The notes: generated by a model from the letters alone, not told the origin. Positions 1-9,615 are shown, numbered from the whole stretch's first letter. The stretch is DNA of 53,286 nt, filler included, from Limisphaerales bacterium (GCA_044225505.1; 2 parts of 2 records of this genome joined end to end with filler, not necessarily neighbours in it); one strand, 5' to 3'. Translations and numbers: made by a program.

Positions 1-3000
1 GTGGCGTCAGAACCGCGAACGTGATCGGGTCATTGTCCAGGTCGCTGGCCGCAAGATGCAAGGTTGCTTCTTGGTCCACCTTCGTAACGATCGATTCGTC
101 CTCCACGTCAGGAGGGTTGTTGACGTCCAGGACCGTAAACCGAACCGTCGCCATCGGCCCGTCTTCTTTCCCATCATTGGCGCGGTAGGTAAAACTATCC
201 GTGCCGCTAAAGCCATTGGTCGGATAATAAGTCGCCACTTTGGGGTAGTTCCACAGGGTTCCATGCTTTGGGCTTTCCACAATATTGAAAGCAAACTCCG
301 TGTCGTCGGGATCGGAGGCGTTGAAGGTGATATTCTGGGACCCGTTTTTGTTGAGCGTGAATTCCTGTTCGTCCGCGACTGGCAAATCGTTGACCGGCTT
401 GATGATAATGCGCACGGTGCTGGAATTAGTCTCGCCATGCCCATCACTGATGACGTAACTGAACGCATCCTCGCCAAAAAAGTTCAGTTGCGGGATATAA
501 GTGAGCGTCTGTTCCGCCGTCCGTGTCAGGGTTCCATGCTCTGGGGTCGTAAATTCAACTAAAGTGAGCGGATCTCCGTCGGGTTCCTCATCGTTGGCCA
601 GCACTTCGATATCCGCAACCGTATCTTCGTCGATCAGCAGATGGTCTGGATTGGCGCGGGGCGGATCGTTGACCGGAGCGATCCGAACCGTGACCGTGCC
701 CATCGACATCCCACCATTTCCGTTGCTCAGAATATACGTGAAGATATCAATCCCGTTTGCGTCCGGCTTTGGAGTGTAAAGCAGAGCGCCGTTGGGTAAC
801 GGCGTTACACTGCCCAAAGTCGGCCGGCTCACTCCACTGACCCGGACCGGTAGGCCCGTCGGGTCCCGGTCATTGGCCAAGACATCGATTTCGATCGCCG
901 TGTCCTCGACCGTCGCCGCCTCGTCCGGAGTTGCGACCGGTGCTTGATACCCTTCTCGAGCTTCAAAGGATGTGTCGGACGAACTTTCCATCCCGCGCGG
1001 ATCCCGAGCAGTGAAGCGGATCGTTTCCCGTCCGCGCCACCCTGAGCTTGGCACCTCGATCGTCGCCACGTGCTTGGCCGAAATCGTCACCCTCAAATCG
1101 CGTTGCCCGGTCGCCGTCCAAGTGATTTCACTCGCACTATTATCCGCATCTTCCACATACTGATTCAGATCGATCGGAAAGAACGCGGCGCCCACGGGGA
1201 CCACTTGATCGGGAATCGGAGTCACTACGGGCGGTTGGTCTGGACGTTCCGCCCGGGGAAGAAAGCCGGTGTGTTCCGGACCTGCCTGCATGGCGGGCCA
1301 CGGAAAATGTTCCGGAGCGAAGGGGGTGCCCAACTCCCAGACGTAAAGGCTGCTGCGGTTTTTCCGGGTGCTTTTCTCCCCGGCCGGCATGTAGGTCCGG
1401 TCTTGAATCGAGGTTGCCACAACGTCCAACTTCCCATCGTGGTTCAAGTCCACGAGTGCCACTGGCGCTGCCTTCAGCCAGGCTCCACCCGAGGACTCCG
1501 TTACCAAGGCTGGGATCCGATCATTGCCGCTCAGGGATAATGGCTGTCCAACCCCATTCCACGCTTTGACCCCGCCCGCCTTGGACAGATCGCCCGTGCT
1601 TAAAACCTGCGACATATACCCGGGAGATGCCAGAACAACATCGGGTTGGCCGTCGCCGTCGACGTCGCCCAGGATTGCTGCAGACTTCAACGAAGAATCA
1701 CTGATGGGCCCGATGGGCCAACCCTCGGGCTCAAAACCGTCCGCACCCAATCGATGAATGAGGCCGGACTTCCAGCAAGGCAACACGACATCCATGCGCC
1801 CGTCACCGTCCAAGTCGCCCAGAGCGGGCGCGGCCGAGAACGACTCCTCGATCAGAACGGGCCACCCAGGCAGCCGCTGTCCGAGATGATTGAACGCGTA
1901 AACCCCACCCCGATTGCCTCCGCTCAAGTCAAAAGCCGCGATGATCACCTCGTTTCGACCATCCCCGTCCAGATCGCCGATGGCCGGCGAGGCGACAAAG
2001 GTTCCAAAGGTGGGCGCGGTCCAGATCGGGCCGTTCGGATGGTTTAGCTTAAACGCAGCCAAGCTGCCGCAGCCGGAGACGGTCACGATTTCCAGATCGC
2101 TCTCGTCGTCCAGGTTGGCGACTGCCGGGTAAATTCGAGGCGCGTCTAACTCGGCGTCACACCACGGCACGTCCCAACCCCGGACCAGGTCGCCGGCCGC
2201 GTTCCAAACGAGCAACCGGCGAACTTCGGTTCCGCCGCGCGTCACCGTTCCCTGGGAGAGGCCAATGAGTTCCTGCTTCCCGTCTCCATCCACGTCTGCC
2301 AGGACTTTGCCCAGTCCCGAAACCTCCAACCGGAGCGGCCATTTTCCTGGCACAGCTGAGCCGTCCGCACGAAAGGCGAAGAGCTGAGGGTCGCTCCCGG
2401 CATCGACGAAGATCTCTTTCTGCCCGTCCCCATCGACGTCACCCACCACGGGAACATCCGCATACGGAATCCCAATCCCCAAATCCTTTGACCAGCGAAG
2501 CGTGCCATCGTGCTGATAAACCAACAAGCGCGCGGGCAGTCCGTCGCTATTCCCATGGTCCACCAGGAGAATCTCCTCAAAGCCGTCTCCATCCAAATCC
2601 GCCACAGTGAACTCTCGCCAGTCTTCCGCGGGATAGGTCCCGGCGATTGGAATGTACTGAGGCCACCCTGGCATGAGATGGCTATCGAGGTAGATTAAGC
2701 GGGTCAAGAACGTCGAGGTCACGCCGTTCTCGGCCTCAGCTGTCAGACGAAGGGTGTAGAACTGGTTGGGCTCCACTTGGCGGGTATCCCAAATCGCGAG
2801 AGTGCTATTTTGAATTGCTGCCGGTCCGGTCGTGGTCAAAGCCATTCCAGCACCTTGCCAACTCGCCGGGTCTGCTCCCAAGCCATACTCCAATCGATAG
2901 GTCCGGTTTTCACCAAAGACAGTTCCGCGGACAGCGATCTTATCCCCAGCCCGGAGGACGTCATTCGGCAATGGAAAACTGATATGCACGTTGCTCACCT

Positions 3001-4756
3001 GGACTACTGCACGGTCCACAGCGCGCTCTCCCGCCGCATTGGTTGCCGTCAAACGAATGGTCCAAGCACCTTCTCCTAGGGTGGGTGTGGAGAGATTTAG
3101 CACGAGCTTCCCGTCCGTCACTGGGGCAGCAGCTCCTCCCAGGGCGGTCCACTGCGTCGGTTGCGCCCCTGGACCATACTCGACCACGTAACCCGAGAAC
3201 CCGTCCCCTCGCGCGGTCCCCAAGATATCGACGTCCCCGTAGATCATTTCCGGCAGTCGCAGTCGGACATCGGGAAGCGGACTCTCCACCCGCACCGCAG
3301 CAGCCGCGTTGATCCGGCCTGCCCCGATGAACTTGTCCGGAGTGATCAGGTCGACAGCGTTGCGGAGAATGTTCTCCAGTTGATCGTTGGTAAACTCGGG
3401 ATGACGCGCCAGGACCAGAGCCGCGACGCCCGCAACGTGGGGCGTCGACATCGACGTGCCGCTGTAGAACCCGTAGCTGTTGTTCGGCAAGGTCGAGAAG
3501 ATATTCTCACCCGGTGCCGCCACATCCACATAAGAGCCGAAATCCGAAAATCGCGATCGTCGATCCTTGGCGTCCGTCGCCGCCACTGCCATTACGTAAG
3601 GATAAGCGCCCGGGTAGAACAGGGCGTCCGTATTGTCATTTCCCGCCGCTCCCAGAAACAGCACGCCCGCTCGGTGGGCTTCTTCAATAGCATCTTGCAA
3701 CGCCTGGCTTCGATCGTTATTCCCCCAACTGGCATTGATAATCCGCGCCCCGTTCGCCACGGCGTACTGAATGGCTTCGATCGCCGTGGAAATCTCACCA
3801 TTGCCCGTGTCATCAAACGCCTTCAGCCCCATCAAGCTGACCTGCCAACAAACCCCCGCGATGCCGATCCCATTGTTCCCCACCGCTCCAACCGTCCCGG
3901 ACACGTGCGTGCCATGCCCGTGGTCATCCAAGGGATCCCCATCGTCACTGACAAAGTCATACCCGTGGAGATCATCGATATACCCGTTACCATCGTCATC
4001 CAGGCCATTCCCAGCGGTCTCTCCCGGGTTTGTCCACGCATTCGCCGCCAAATCCGGATGGAAATAATCAATCCCCGTATCGATCACCGCCACCACCACC
4101 CGCCGATCGCCCGTCCCGAATTTCCAGGCTTCGACCGCCTTAATGTCCGCTCCCAATGTGCCGTCCGCCTGTCCCACATTCTGCAATCCCCAAAGTTGCG
4201 CAAAGTCATAGTCATTGGGCGCCACAATCGTCCCGGCAGGTTCCTGGGCAATCTGGAGGCGGTAATTGGGTTCCGCGTAGAGGACGTCCGGATGCCGGCG
4301 CAGCCGATCCAAAACCCGTCCTAAATCCGCGTCGGGATCGAGCCGAACCAGCGCCAGTTGATCAAAAACAGAATTCTGGCGAAGTGCGCTCTGGAGCCGC
4401 ACGGATCCACGGCCAGCGCGTGCCCCGAACCGATGGATAGTGCCTCCCAAAGGAGTCAACACACTCAGAGTTCGCGCTTGGGTAACCGTCGAACGGAAGC
4501 GGACCAGGACTTCGCCTCGAACCACCGCGACCCTTTTGTGCCCGGAGGAGGTCAAGTCACCGTCAGGAGCCGAGATATTCACGTATCCATATTTGGTCGC
4601 ATTAGGTGGGAACGGGCCGCTAATCGGAGGCGGCGCAGCTTGGTCGAATCCCGTCGACAACGTCAGGACCGTCAGGAATAAAACGATCCAATTCACCCGA
4701 GTCCGTCCGAATCGGCGCAATCGTCTGTTGTTCAGCAAGTCACTCACGCTTGGCAC
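1..4756 (-). CDS. Secreted S8 (subtilisin-like) serine peptidase with FG-GAP/VCBS-like repeats and tandem Ig/cadherin-like (Big_9-type) repeats; 3'-partial, >=1585 aa
   Basis: Manual translation of the minus frame (codons start at positions =1 mod 3). Upstream stop at 4769-4771; GTG start at 4756 (alternative 4747). Signal-like segment RRLRRFGRTRVNWIVLFLTVLTLS, then catalytic motifs VAVIDTG, HGHGTHVSG, AAGN and GTSMSTPHVAG (Ser codon 3452-3454). About 7-8 D(L/V)DGDG-type repeats at ~1430-2600, then repeats such as EDTAIEIDVLAND / FTY / PVNDPP. Its absence from the ORF track fits a frame with no stop before the window edge. Confidence 0.93.
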   Translation of the reverse strand, partial: MPSVSDLLNNRRLRRFGRTRVNWIVLFLTVLTLSTGFDQAAPPPISGPFPPNATKYGYVNISAPDGDLTSSGHKRVAVVRGEVLVRFRSTVTQARTLSVLTPLGGTIHRFGARAGRGSVRLQSALRQNSVFDQLALVRLDPDADLGRVLDRLRRHPDVLYAEPNYRLQIAQEPAGTIVAPNDYDFAQLWGLQNVGQADGTLGADIKAVEAWKFGTGDRRVVVAVIDTGIDYFHPDLAANAWTNPGETAGNGLDDDGNGYIDDLHGYDFVSDDGDPLDDHGHGTHVSGTVGAVGNNGIGIAGVCWQVSLMGLKAFDDTGNGEISTAIEAIQYAVANGARIINASWGNNDRSQALQDAIEEAHRAGVLFLGAAGNDNTDALFYPGAYPYVMAVAATDAKDRRSRFSDFGSYVDVAAPGENIFSTLPNNSYGFYSGTSMSTPHVAGVAALVLARHPEFTNDQLENILRNAVDLITPDKFIGAGRINAAAAVRVESPLPDVRLRLPEMIYGDVDILGTARGDGFSGYVVEYGPGAQPTQWTALGGAAAPVTDGKLVLNLSTPTLGEGAWTIRLTATNAAGERAVDRAVVQVSNVHISFPLPNDVLRAGDKIAVRGTVFGENRTYRLEYGLGADPASWQGAGMALTTTGPAAIQNSTLAIWDTRQVEPNQFYTLRLTAEAENGVTSTFLTRLIYLDSHLMPGWPQYIPIAGTYPAEDWREFTVADLDGDGFEEILLVDHGNSDGLPARLLVYQHDGTLRWSKDLGIGIPYADVPVVGDVDGDGQKEIFVDAGSDPQLFAFRADGSAVPGKWPLRLEVSGLGKVLADVDGDGKQELIGLSQGTVTRGGTEVRRLLVWNAAGDLVRGWDVPWCDAELDAPRIYPAVANLDDESDLEIVTVSGCGSLAAFKLNHPNGPIWTAPTFGTFVASPAIGDLDGDGRNEVIIAAFDLSGGNRGGVYAFNHLGQRLPGWPVLIEESFSAAPALGDLDGDGRMDVVLPCWKSGLIHRLGADGFEPEGWPIGPISDSSLKSAAILGDVDGDGQPDVVLASPGYMSQVLSTGDLSKAGGVKAWNGVGQPLSLSGNDRIPALVTESSGGAWLKAAPVALVDLNHDGKLDVVATSIQDRTYMPAGEKSTRKNRSSLYVWELGTPFAPEHFPWPAMQAGPEHTGFLPRAERPDQPPVVTPIPDQVVPVGAAFFPIDLNQYVEDADNSASEITWTATGQRDLRVTISAKHVATIEVPSSGWRGRETIRFTARDPRGMESSSDTSFEAREGYQAPVATPDEAATVEDTAIEIDVLANDRDPTGLPVRVSGVSRPTLGSVTPLPNGALLYTPKPDANGIDIFTYILSNGNGGMSMGTVTVRIAPVNDPPRANPDHLLIDEDTVADIEVLANDEEPDGDPLTLVEFTTPEHGTLTRTAEQTLTYIPQLNFFGEDAFSYVISDGHGETNSSTVRIIIKPVNDLPVADEQEFTLNKNGSQNITFNASDPDDTEFAFNIVESPKHGTLWNYPKVATYYPTNGFSGTDSFTYRANDGKEDGPMATVRFTVLDVNNPPDVEDESIVTKVDQEATLHLAASDLDNDPITFAVLTP

Positions 4757-4962
4757 TGGTTTCGACGCTCACTCGGGGAGCGAGCCGAAAGAGCTCATCT
4801 ACAATGCCCGAAAGGCACGTTTCGCGCCAACTTTAATGCCAGAAGATCGACAAGATTATCGGCCAGTCCGGAATTCAGGGCGGTGACGGGCAAGAATGCA
4901 AGGGACACGGGGCGGTATTCCCCAAAACCTCTCATGCGACCGAAGCGCGCTGAACTCTCCTA

Positions 4963-5071
4963 GATTCGTATTATACACGGAGATAACACGGGTTTAACAC
5001 GGATATAACACGGATCATCTCCGTGTTATTTCCCTTTTATTTCCTTTTGATTTCCCTGTTATAATCGAATC
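4963..5071. repeat. AT-rich imperfect palindrome made of 4 direct plus 4 inverted 11-bp units (consensus nnnTAACACGG), bounded by GATTCG...CGAATC
   Basis: ACACGG ends at 4980, 4991, 5002 and 5013. The inverted units ccgtgttattt, cccttttattt, ccttttgattt and ccctgttataa start at 5021, 5032, 5043 and 5054. Confidence 0.85.
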
Positions 5072-5215
5072 CACAGGGGCCAACCCTTCGCCAAGCCTCT
5101 CTCATTCCGTCAACCTCAATCGCACCCCAAAGCCCCCGCGGAGATGGACATGCCCGATTCAGAGCAGGACGAATGGCTGGAAGTAAGGGGTGAGATTAAA
5201 ACCGGGTGAGATCAG

Positions 5216-5348
5216 GGACCGCGGCTGTGTCGTCAGACCAGCCGCAGAATTTCCGCCTTTTCAAGAGCTCCTCGATCAACACGAGGGGTTTTCGCGGACA
5301 CGAAGCTGCTGCGGCTAGGCTTCGTCCGACTCGCCATAGCCGCCCCCG
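5216..5348. repeat. Inverted pair of REP-like palindromes (GCGGCT...AGCCGC stem)
   Basis: ggaccGCGGCTGtgtcgtcagacCAGCCGCagaa at 5216-5249, and a more degenerate reverse copy tgctGCGGCTA...TAGCCGC at 5307-5348. Related copies lie at 15117-15194. Confidence 0.6.
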
Positions 5349-5436
5349 GTGGAAGATCTTGCGGCTGACCTCACCGACTTTTATTCATGCCCGGAACGAA
5401 GCGTGCCGAATCTGCACGCTTGCCTTCAGCGGTTGC

Positions 5437-5454
5437 TTGTGAAAATTTTCACGC
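5437..5454. promoter_or_regulatory. Candidate operator TTGTGAA-AATT-TTCACGC (Rex-box/CRP-box-like) just upstream of the aminotransferase
   Basis: Perfect 14-bp palindrome GTGAAAATTTTCAC at 5439-5452, ending 7 bp before the ATG at 5460. Confidence 0.45.
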
Positions 5455-5459
5455 GCCTT

Positions 5460-6548
5460 ATGGGACACGTAAAACTCCACATTCCTGGCCCGGTCGAAGT
5501 GAGCGAAAAGACCTTTCGCGCGTTCTGCTCGCCCATGATCGGTCATCGTGGGCAAGGGTTTAAAGACCTTTACGCTCGGATTCAACCGCAACTCCAAGCG
5601 CTCTTTTACACGAAGCAACTGGTCTATCTGAGCACGTCCTCGGCCTGGGGAGTGATGGAAGGGGCTCTGCGCAACTTAGTCTCCAAGAAAGTCTTATGTT
5701 GCATGTGCGGGGCATTTTCCGACAAATGGCTCGACGTCTCGCAACGTTGTGGAAAACAGGCGGAAGGATTGAAAGTCGAGTGGGGCTCCCCGATCCGCGC
5801 CGAGCAAGTCGACGCCAAACTAGCCACCGGCCAATTCGATGCGTTAACCCTGATCCACAATGAGACCTCAACTGGAGTGATGAGCCCACTCGCGGAGATC
5901 GCCGCCTTGAAGGCGAAATACCCGGACGTAATGTTCATCGTAGATTCTGTAAGTTCTTTGAGCGCAACGAAAATCCCGTTTGATAGTCTCGAAATTGACG
6001 TCCTCCTGGCCGGCACTCAAAAAGCCTTCGCCATGCCCCCGGGATTAGCCGTCTTTGCCTGTTCTCCAGCGGCCCTGGCCAAAGCGGCAACCATGAAAGA
6101 CCGCGGGTATTACTTCGATTTCATTGAGTTTCAGAAGAACGCCGAACAGCACATGACGCCGAGCACGCCCAGCATCGGACATGTCTATGCCTTGGCTTCG
6201 AAACTGGAAGATATCTTTGCGGAAGGTCTAGAAGCGCGTTACCGCCGGCACACGACCTTGGCCGGAATGACTCGGCAATGGGCTCAGAACCACGGGTTTA
6301 CTTTATTTCCAGAACCCGGTTTCGAGTCGGTGACATTGACTTGCGTGAACAACGGGGCCAGAGCGGGCGGACGGGTCGTCGATGTTGCGAAGCTGCAAAA
6401 ACTCGTCAAAGACCAGGGTTTCTTGATTGATGGTGGCTACGGGAAAATCAAAGGCACCACGTTTCGCCTCTCCAGCATGGGCGACGAAACAGAGTCCTCC
6501 ATGCGACAGCTTTACGCGGCGCTCGATGCAGCCATGCAAAAGTTGTGA
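5460..6548 (+). CDS. Class V PLP-dependent aminotransferase (alanine-glyoxylate/serine-pyruvate family)
   Basis: Motifs LHIPGP, HNETSTG, VDSVSS and GTQK (PLP lysine) AFAMPPG. Start moved from 5349 to ATG 5460, where family similarity begins. Confidence 0.9.
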   Translation: MGHVKLHIPGPVEVSEKTFRAFCSPMIGHRGQGFKDLYARIQPQLQALFYTKQLVYLSTSSAWGVMEGALRNLVSKKVLCCMCGAFSDKWLDVSQRCGKQAEGLKVEWGSPIRAEQVDAKLATGQFDALTLIHNETSTGVMSPLAEIAALKAKYPDVMFIVDSVSSLSATKIPFDSLEIDVLLAGTQKAFAMPPGLAVFACSPAALAKAATMKDRGYYFDFIEFQKNAEQHMTPSTPSIGHVYALASKLEDIFAEGLEARYRRHTTLAGMTRQWAQNHGFTLFPEPGFESVTLTCVNNGARAGGRVVDVAKLQKLVKDQGFLIDGGYGKIKGTTFRLSSMGDETESSMRQLYAALDAAMQKL

Positions 6549-6634
6549 CCTGGGAAAAGCTTGAACGGCGTTGTCGGCGCGAGGAAGTTCCGCAAGATCG
6601 GGCCGGCGTCAACAACTTGCTTGGCTAACAGCAC

Positions 6635-7054
6635 ATGCGCGTCCTGGCAATTGATCACGGCACCAAGCGGATGGGAATCGCGTTGAGCGACCCGATGGGA
6701 ATCGTGGCGCAACCATTTGAATCGGTGCCCGCGGAGCCGTTCAATCAGTTTCTGACGCGGCTGCAGGAGATCCTCAAGGAAAAGGAAGTGGAGCTCATCT
6801 TGGTGGGAATGCCCCGCAACATGGACGGGAGCTACGGGCCAGCGGCGATGAAAGTGCGCGAGTTTGTGGGAGTGCTAAACCAAGCGACCACAGTTCCTAT
6901 TCAGACGTGGGATGAACGGTTGACATCCTCGCAAGCGAACCGCGCACTCATCGAGGCGGACGTCAGCCGCGCCAACCGCCGTGGTAAAGTCGACAAAACT
7001 GCGGCCGCTATCTTCTTACAGAGCTTTCTCGATCACCGCGCTGGGCAGAGCTAA
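6635..7054 (+). CDS. ruvX: YqgF/RuvX family RNase H-fold nuclease (pre-16S rRNA nuclease)
   Basis: Motifs LAIDHGTKRMGIALSD, VGMP, WDERLTS and VDKTAAAIFLQ; 139 aa. Confidence 0.95.
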   Translation: MRVLAIDHGTKRMGIALSDPMGIVAQPFESVPAEPFNQFLTRLQEILKEKEVELILVGMPRNMDGSYGPAAMKVREFVGVLNQATTVPIQTWDERLTSSQANRALIEADVSRANRRGKVDKTAAAIFLQSFLDHRAGQS

Positions 7055-7329
7055 CAGAGTTGGAAGGATTCGACAGATTATCGCGGTGCTGCGGGAACGT
7101 TTGGCTCGTATCAATCCGGTTCAGGATCCTACCAGATGATTCGGCATCAACCTGGCTTTCCGGGCGGGGCATCGCGTTAAAACTGCTCTGATTTGGTTGC
7201 CAAGGAGCTGAAGGGGAGGATCGGTTGCCTCTGGGATGCAGCCATAGGAAAAAGACTGGCCACGCAACAGCCAGTCTTCTTCTTTCTGAAAGCAAATAGG
7301 GCCGTCGGACACTGGCCCTGGATCTTTCC

Positions 7330-7713
7330 TCAACCGCCGGTCTGCGCCTTATAATCGGCGGGAGAAAGCAGCGATGCCACTTCTGCAGGATTTGAAAGTC
7401 TGACTTTGAAGAACCAACCCGCTCCGTAAGGATCCGTATTGACCAGGCTGGGATCCTTCACCACAGCGGGATTGATTTCTACTATCTCGCCGGTCAGCGG
7501 AGAATAGATGTCACTGGCTGTTTTCACCGATTCCACCACCGCGCAAGCGTCACCCGCTTTCAGTTGACGCCCTTGATCGGGCAACTCGACGAAAACAATG
7601 TCGGTTAACTCGTGTTGCGCGTGGTCGGTAATGCCAACTGTCGCAGTGTCGCCCGTCGTTCGCACCCACTCGTGGGTCTTGGCATACTTCAGGTCCGCAG
7701 GGATCTTGCTCAT
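7330..7713 (-). CDS. gcvH: Glycine cleavage system H protein
   Basis: Motifs [27 protein letters not shown] (lipoyl-Lys) and NTDPYGAGW. Confidence 0.97.
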   Translation of the reverse strand: MSKIPADLKYAKTHEWVRTTGDTATVGITDHAQHELTDIVFVELPDQGRQLKAGDACAVVESVKTASDIYSPLTGEIVEINPAVVKDPSLVNTDPYGAGWFFKVRLSNPAEVASLLSPADYKAQTGG

Positions 7714-7759
7714 AGTATCATTTCAGCTGCTGTTGGTCTAAGCACCGCCGAGCGTTTCG

Positions 7760-8881
7760 TCAAACTGCTTTCCGGTAGATTGGTTTGCGCACGACTTCCG
7801 CCGGGGCGGCTTTGCCGCGAATTTCAATGTCGAGAACCGTTCCTGGAGCCGCTAAGTTTGGAGGGACATACCCCAGCCCAATGCCCACGCCCAAGCTAGG
7901 ACTCTGAGTGCCGCTCACGACACCACCGACGCGCTCAGCCGAACCGGCAGCCAAAATCGGGTAGCCAGGACGAGGGGGAGCTGATTTGCTGGTCATGCGA
8001 AAGGCGACACATTTCCGGCTCACGCCCAGAGTCTTTTGCGCAGAGAGCGGCACTCGCCCCACAAATTCCCCTTTCTCCAAGCAAACGAACGAACCTAAAC
8101 CCGCTTCGAGCGGCGTCGTTTGAGCGTCCAATTCATGTCCATAAAGCGGATAGCACACCTCGGTGCGGAGTGTATCGCGAGCTCCCAGGCCGCATGGCTT
8201 TAAACCGAATGAGCCGCCCACCGCCAACACCGATTGCCAGACGGCCTGAATGTGCTCGGCGGGTGCAACCACTTCGAACCCGTCTTCTCCTGTATAGCCA
8301 GTTCGCGCCACCCAAACCGAACCGCCGCCAAATCCGAACGCTCCCAGGTCATTCTTCTGCAATGCGCTCGGCAGCTTGGTTGTAGAAGCAAAGCAGCGAT
8401 CAATAAACTCCGCCACGCGCGGACCTTGGACCGCCACGGCGCCATAGGTGTCGGACGCGTTTCGCAAGGTCACCGCGGATGCCTGCGGGAAGCGCCGCAG
8501 CTGCAGTTCCATCCAAGCGAAGTCGTCGTCGATCCGCGAGGCATTGACGATCAGCAGGAAATCCAGTTCGCCGATGCGATAGGCATAGAGATCATCCACC
8601 ACACCCCCTGCCTCGTTGCACATCAAGGTGTACTGGCCGCGGCCCACCGGGCATTTGCGAAGGTCGTTGGTCAAAGTGCGATTTAAGAACTCTAAAGCGG
8701 CTGGACCTGAGACAAAGACCTCTCCCATGTGCGAAATATCGAATATACCAGCGGCGGCGCGCACGGTTTGGTGTTCGTCGACAATACTGGTGTATTGCAC
8801 GGGCATTTCCCAGCCGCCAAATTCAACGAGGCGGGCGCCCAGCTTGGTGTGTTCAGTCCAGAGCGGTGTTCGTTTCAGCAT
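7760..8881 (-). CDS. gcvT: Glycine cleavage system T protein (aminomethyltransferase)
   Basis: Motifs LKRTPL, FGGWEMPVQY, FDISHMG, RTGYTGEDGFE and GLGARDTLRTE. Confidence 0.97.
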   Translation of the reverse strand: MLKRTPLWTEHTKLGARLVEFGGWEMPVQYTSIVDEHQTVRAAAGIFDISHMGEVFVSGPAALEFLNRTLTNDLRKCPVGRGQYTLMCNEAGGVVDDLYAYRIGELDFLLIVNASRIDDDFAWMELQLRRFPQASAVTLRNASDTYGAVAVQGPRVAEFIDRCFASTTKLPSALQKNDLGAFGFGGGSVWVARTGYTGEDGFEVVAPAEHIQAVWQSVLAVGGSFGLKPCGLGARDTLRTEVCYPLYGHELDAQTTPLEAGLGSFVCLEKGEFVGRVPLSAQKTLGVSRKCVAFRMTSKSAPPRPGYPILAAGSAERVGGVVSGTQSPSLGVGIGLGYVPPNLAAPGTVLDIEIRGKAAPAEVVRKPIYRKAV

Positions 8882-8898
8882 GAGTCAAGTAAGTCGCT

Positions 8899-9615
8899 TC
8901 AACCCCATTTTTCAGTCCGAATCTGTTCCTTGGTAACTCCCAGTTCTTCCAGGAGCAAGGATTCCGTCGATTCGACCAATTCGTTAGGGCCGCAAGCGTA
9001 AAAGACGGTATTAGCGAGTTCGTGCACGTGTTCGGCGATCCAGGCAGCGTTGATGCGGCCCCGTCGGCCAGGCCACGGCTCCTCGGGAGCCAGGCGCGTG
9101 CATGTGACATAGAAGTTAAACCTGGAATTGTCCTGTTCCAGCTGGCGAAATTCGTCGTGAAAGATAATGTCCCGAGGAGTTCGGACGCTATAGAGAATGG
9201 TAATTTTCGTGTCCAGCTTGCGCCGCGTGGCTTCACGGACAAAACCGCGGAACGGCGTTACCCCAGAGCCGCCGGCAATGCAGACGAGATGTTTGCTCGG
9301 TTCAAACATCGGCAGGAATCGCCCCGTCGGCGCGATGACGCCCACACGATGCCCCGCCCGCGCCCAATCCACAATGCGCGTGCCCATTTTACCATCGCGT
9401 TTGACCGTCACGTCAAAGAAACCGCGATCGAGAGCGCAAGACGAAAGCGAATAAGCGCGCTTGTACTGCGGATCGTCCGGCCAGCACAGCGTTACAAATT
9501 GTCCGGTTCGAAAATCCACGTCATAGCCTTCTGGCCACTTCAGTTTGATCGTTTTTGTATCAGGCAACTCCAGAGTGGCGGATTCAATCAACATTTCAAT
9601 AATTGGTTTTGCCAT
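8899..9615 (-). CDS. FAD/NAD(P)-binding oxidoreductase of the ferredoxin reductase (FNR)-like family, with no 2Fe-2S domain
   Basis: Motifs GQF, RAYSLSS, IAGGSGVTP and YACGP, with C-terminal EKW; 238 aa. Confidence 0.9.
   Translation of the reverse strand: MAKPIIEMLIESATLELPDTKTIKLKWPEGYDVDFRTGQFVTLCWPDDPQYKRAYSLSSCALDRGFFDVTVKRDGKMGTRIVDWARAGHRVGVIAPTGRFLPMFEPSKHLVCIAGGSGVTPFRGFVREATRRKLDTKITILYSVRTPRDIIFHDEFRQLEQDNSRFNFYVTCTRLAPEEPWPGRRGRINAAWIAEHVHELANTVFYACGPNELVESTESLLLEELGVTKEQIRTEKWG

Noticed and set aside
7..4886. Numerous ORF-track ORFs in this interval (e.g. 3161-4324 +, 56-562 +)
   Set aside because: They are antisense or off-frame shadows of the S8 protease gene and have no motifs of their own.
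4963..5071. Repeat array as a CRISPR array
   Set aside because: Units are 11 bp with no unique spacers, half are inverted, and there are no cas genes in the window.
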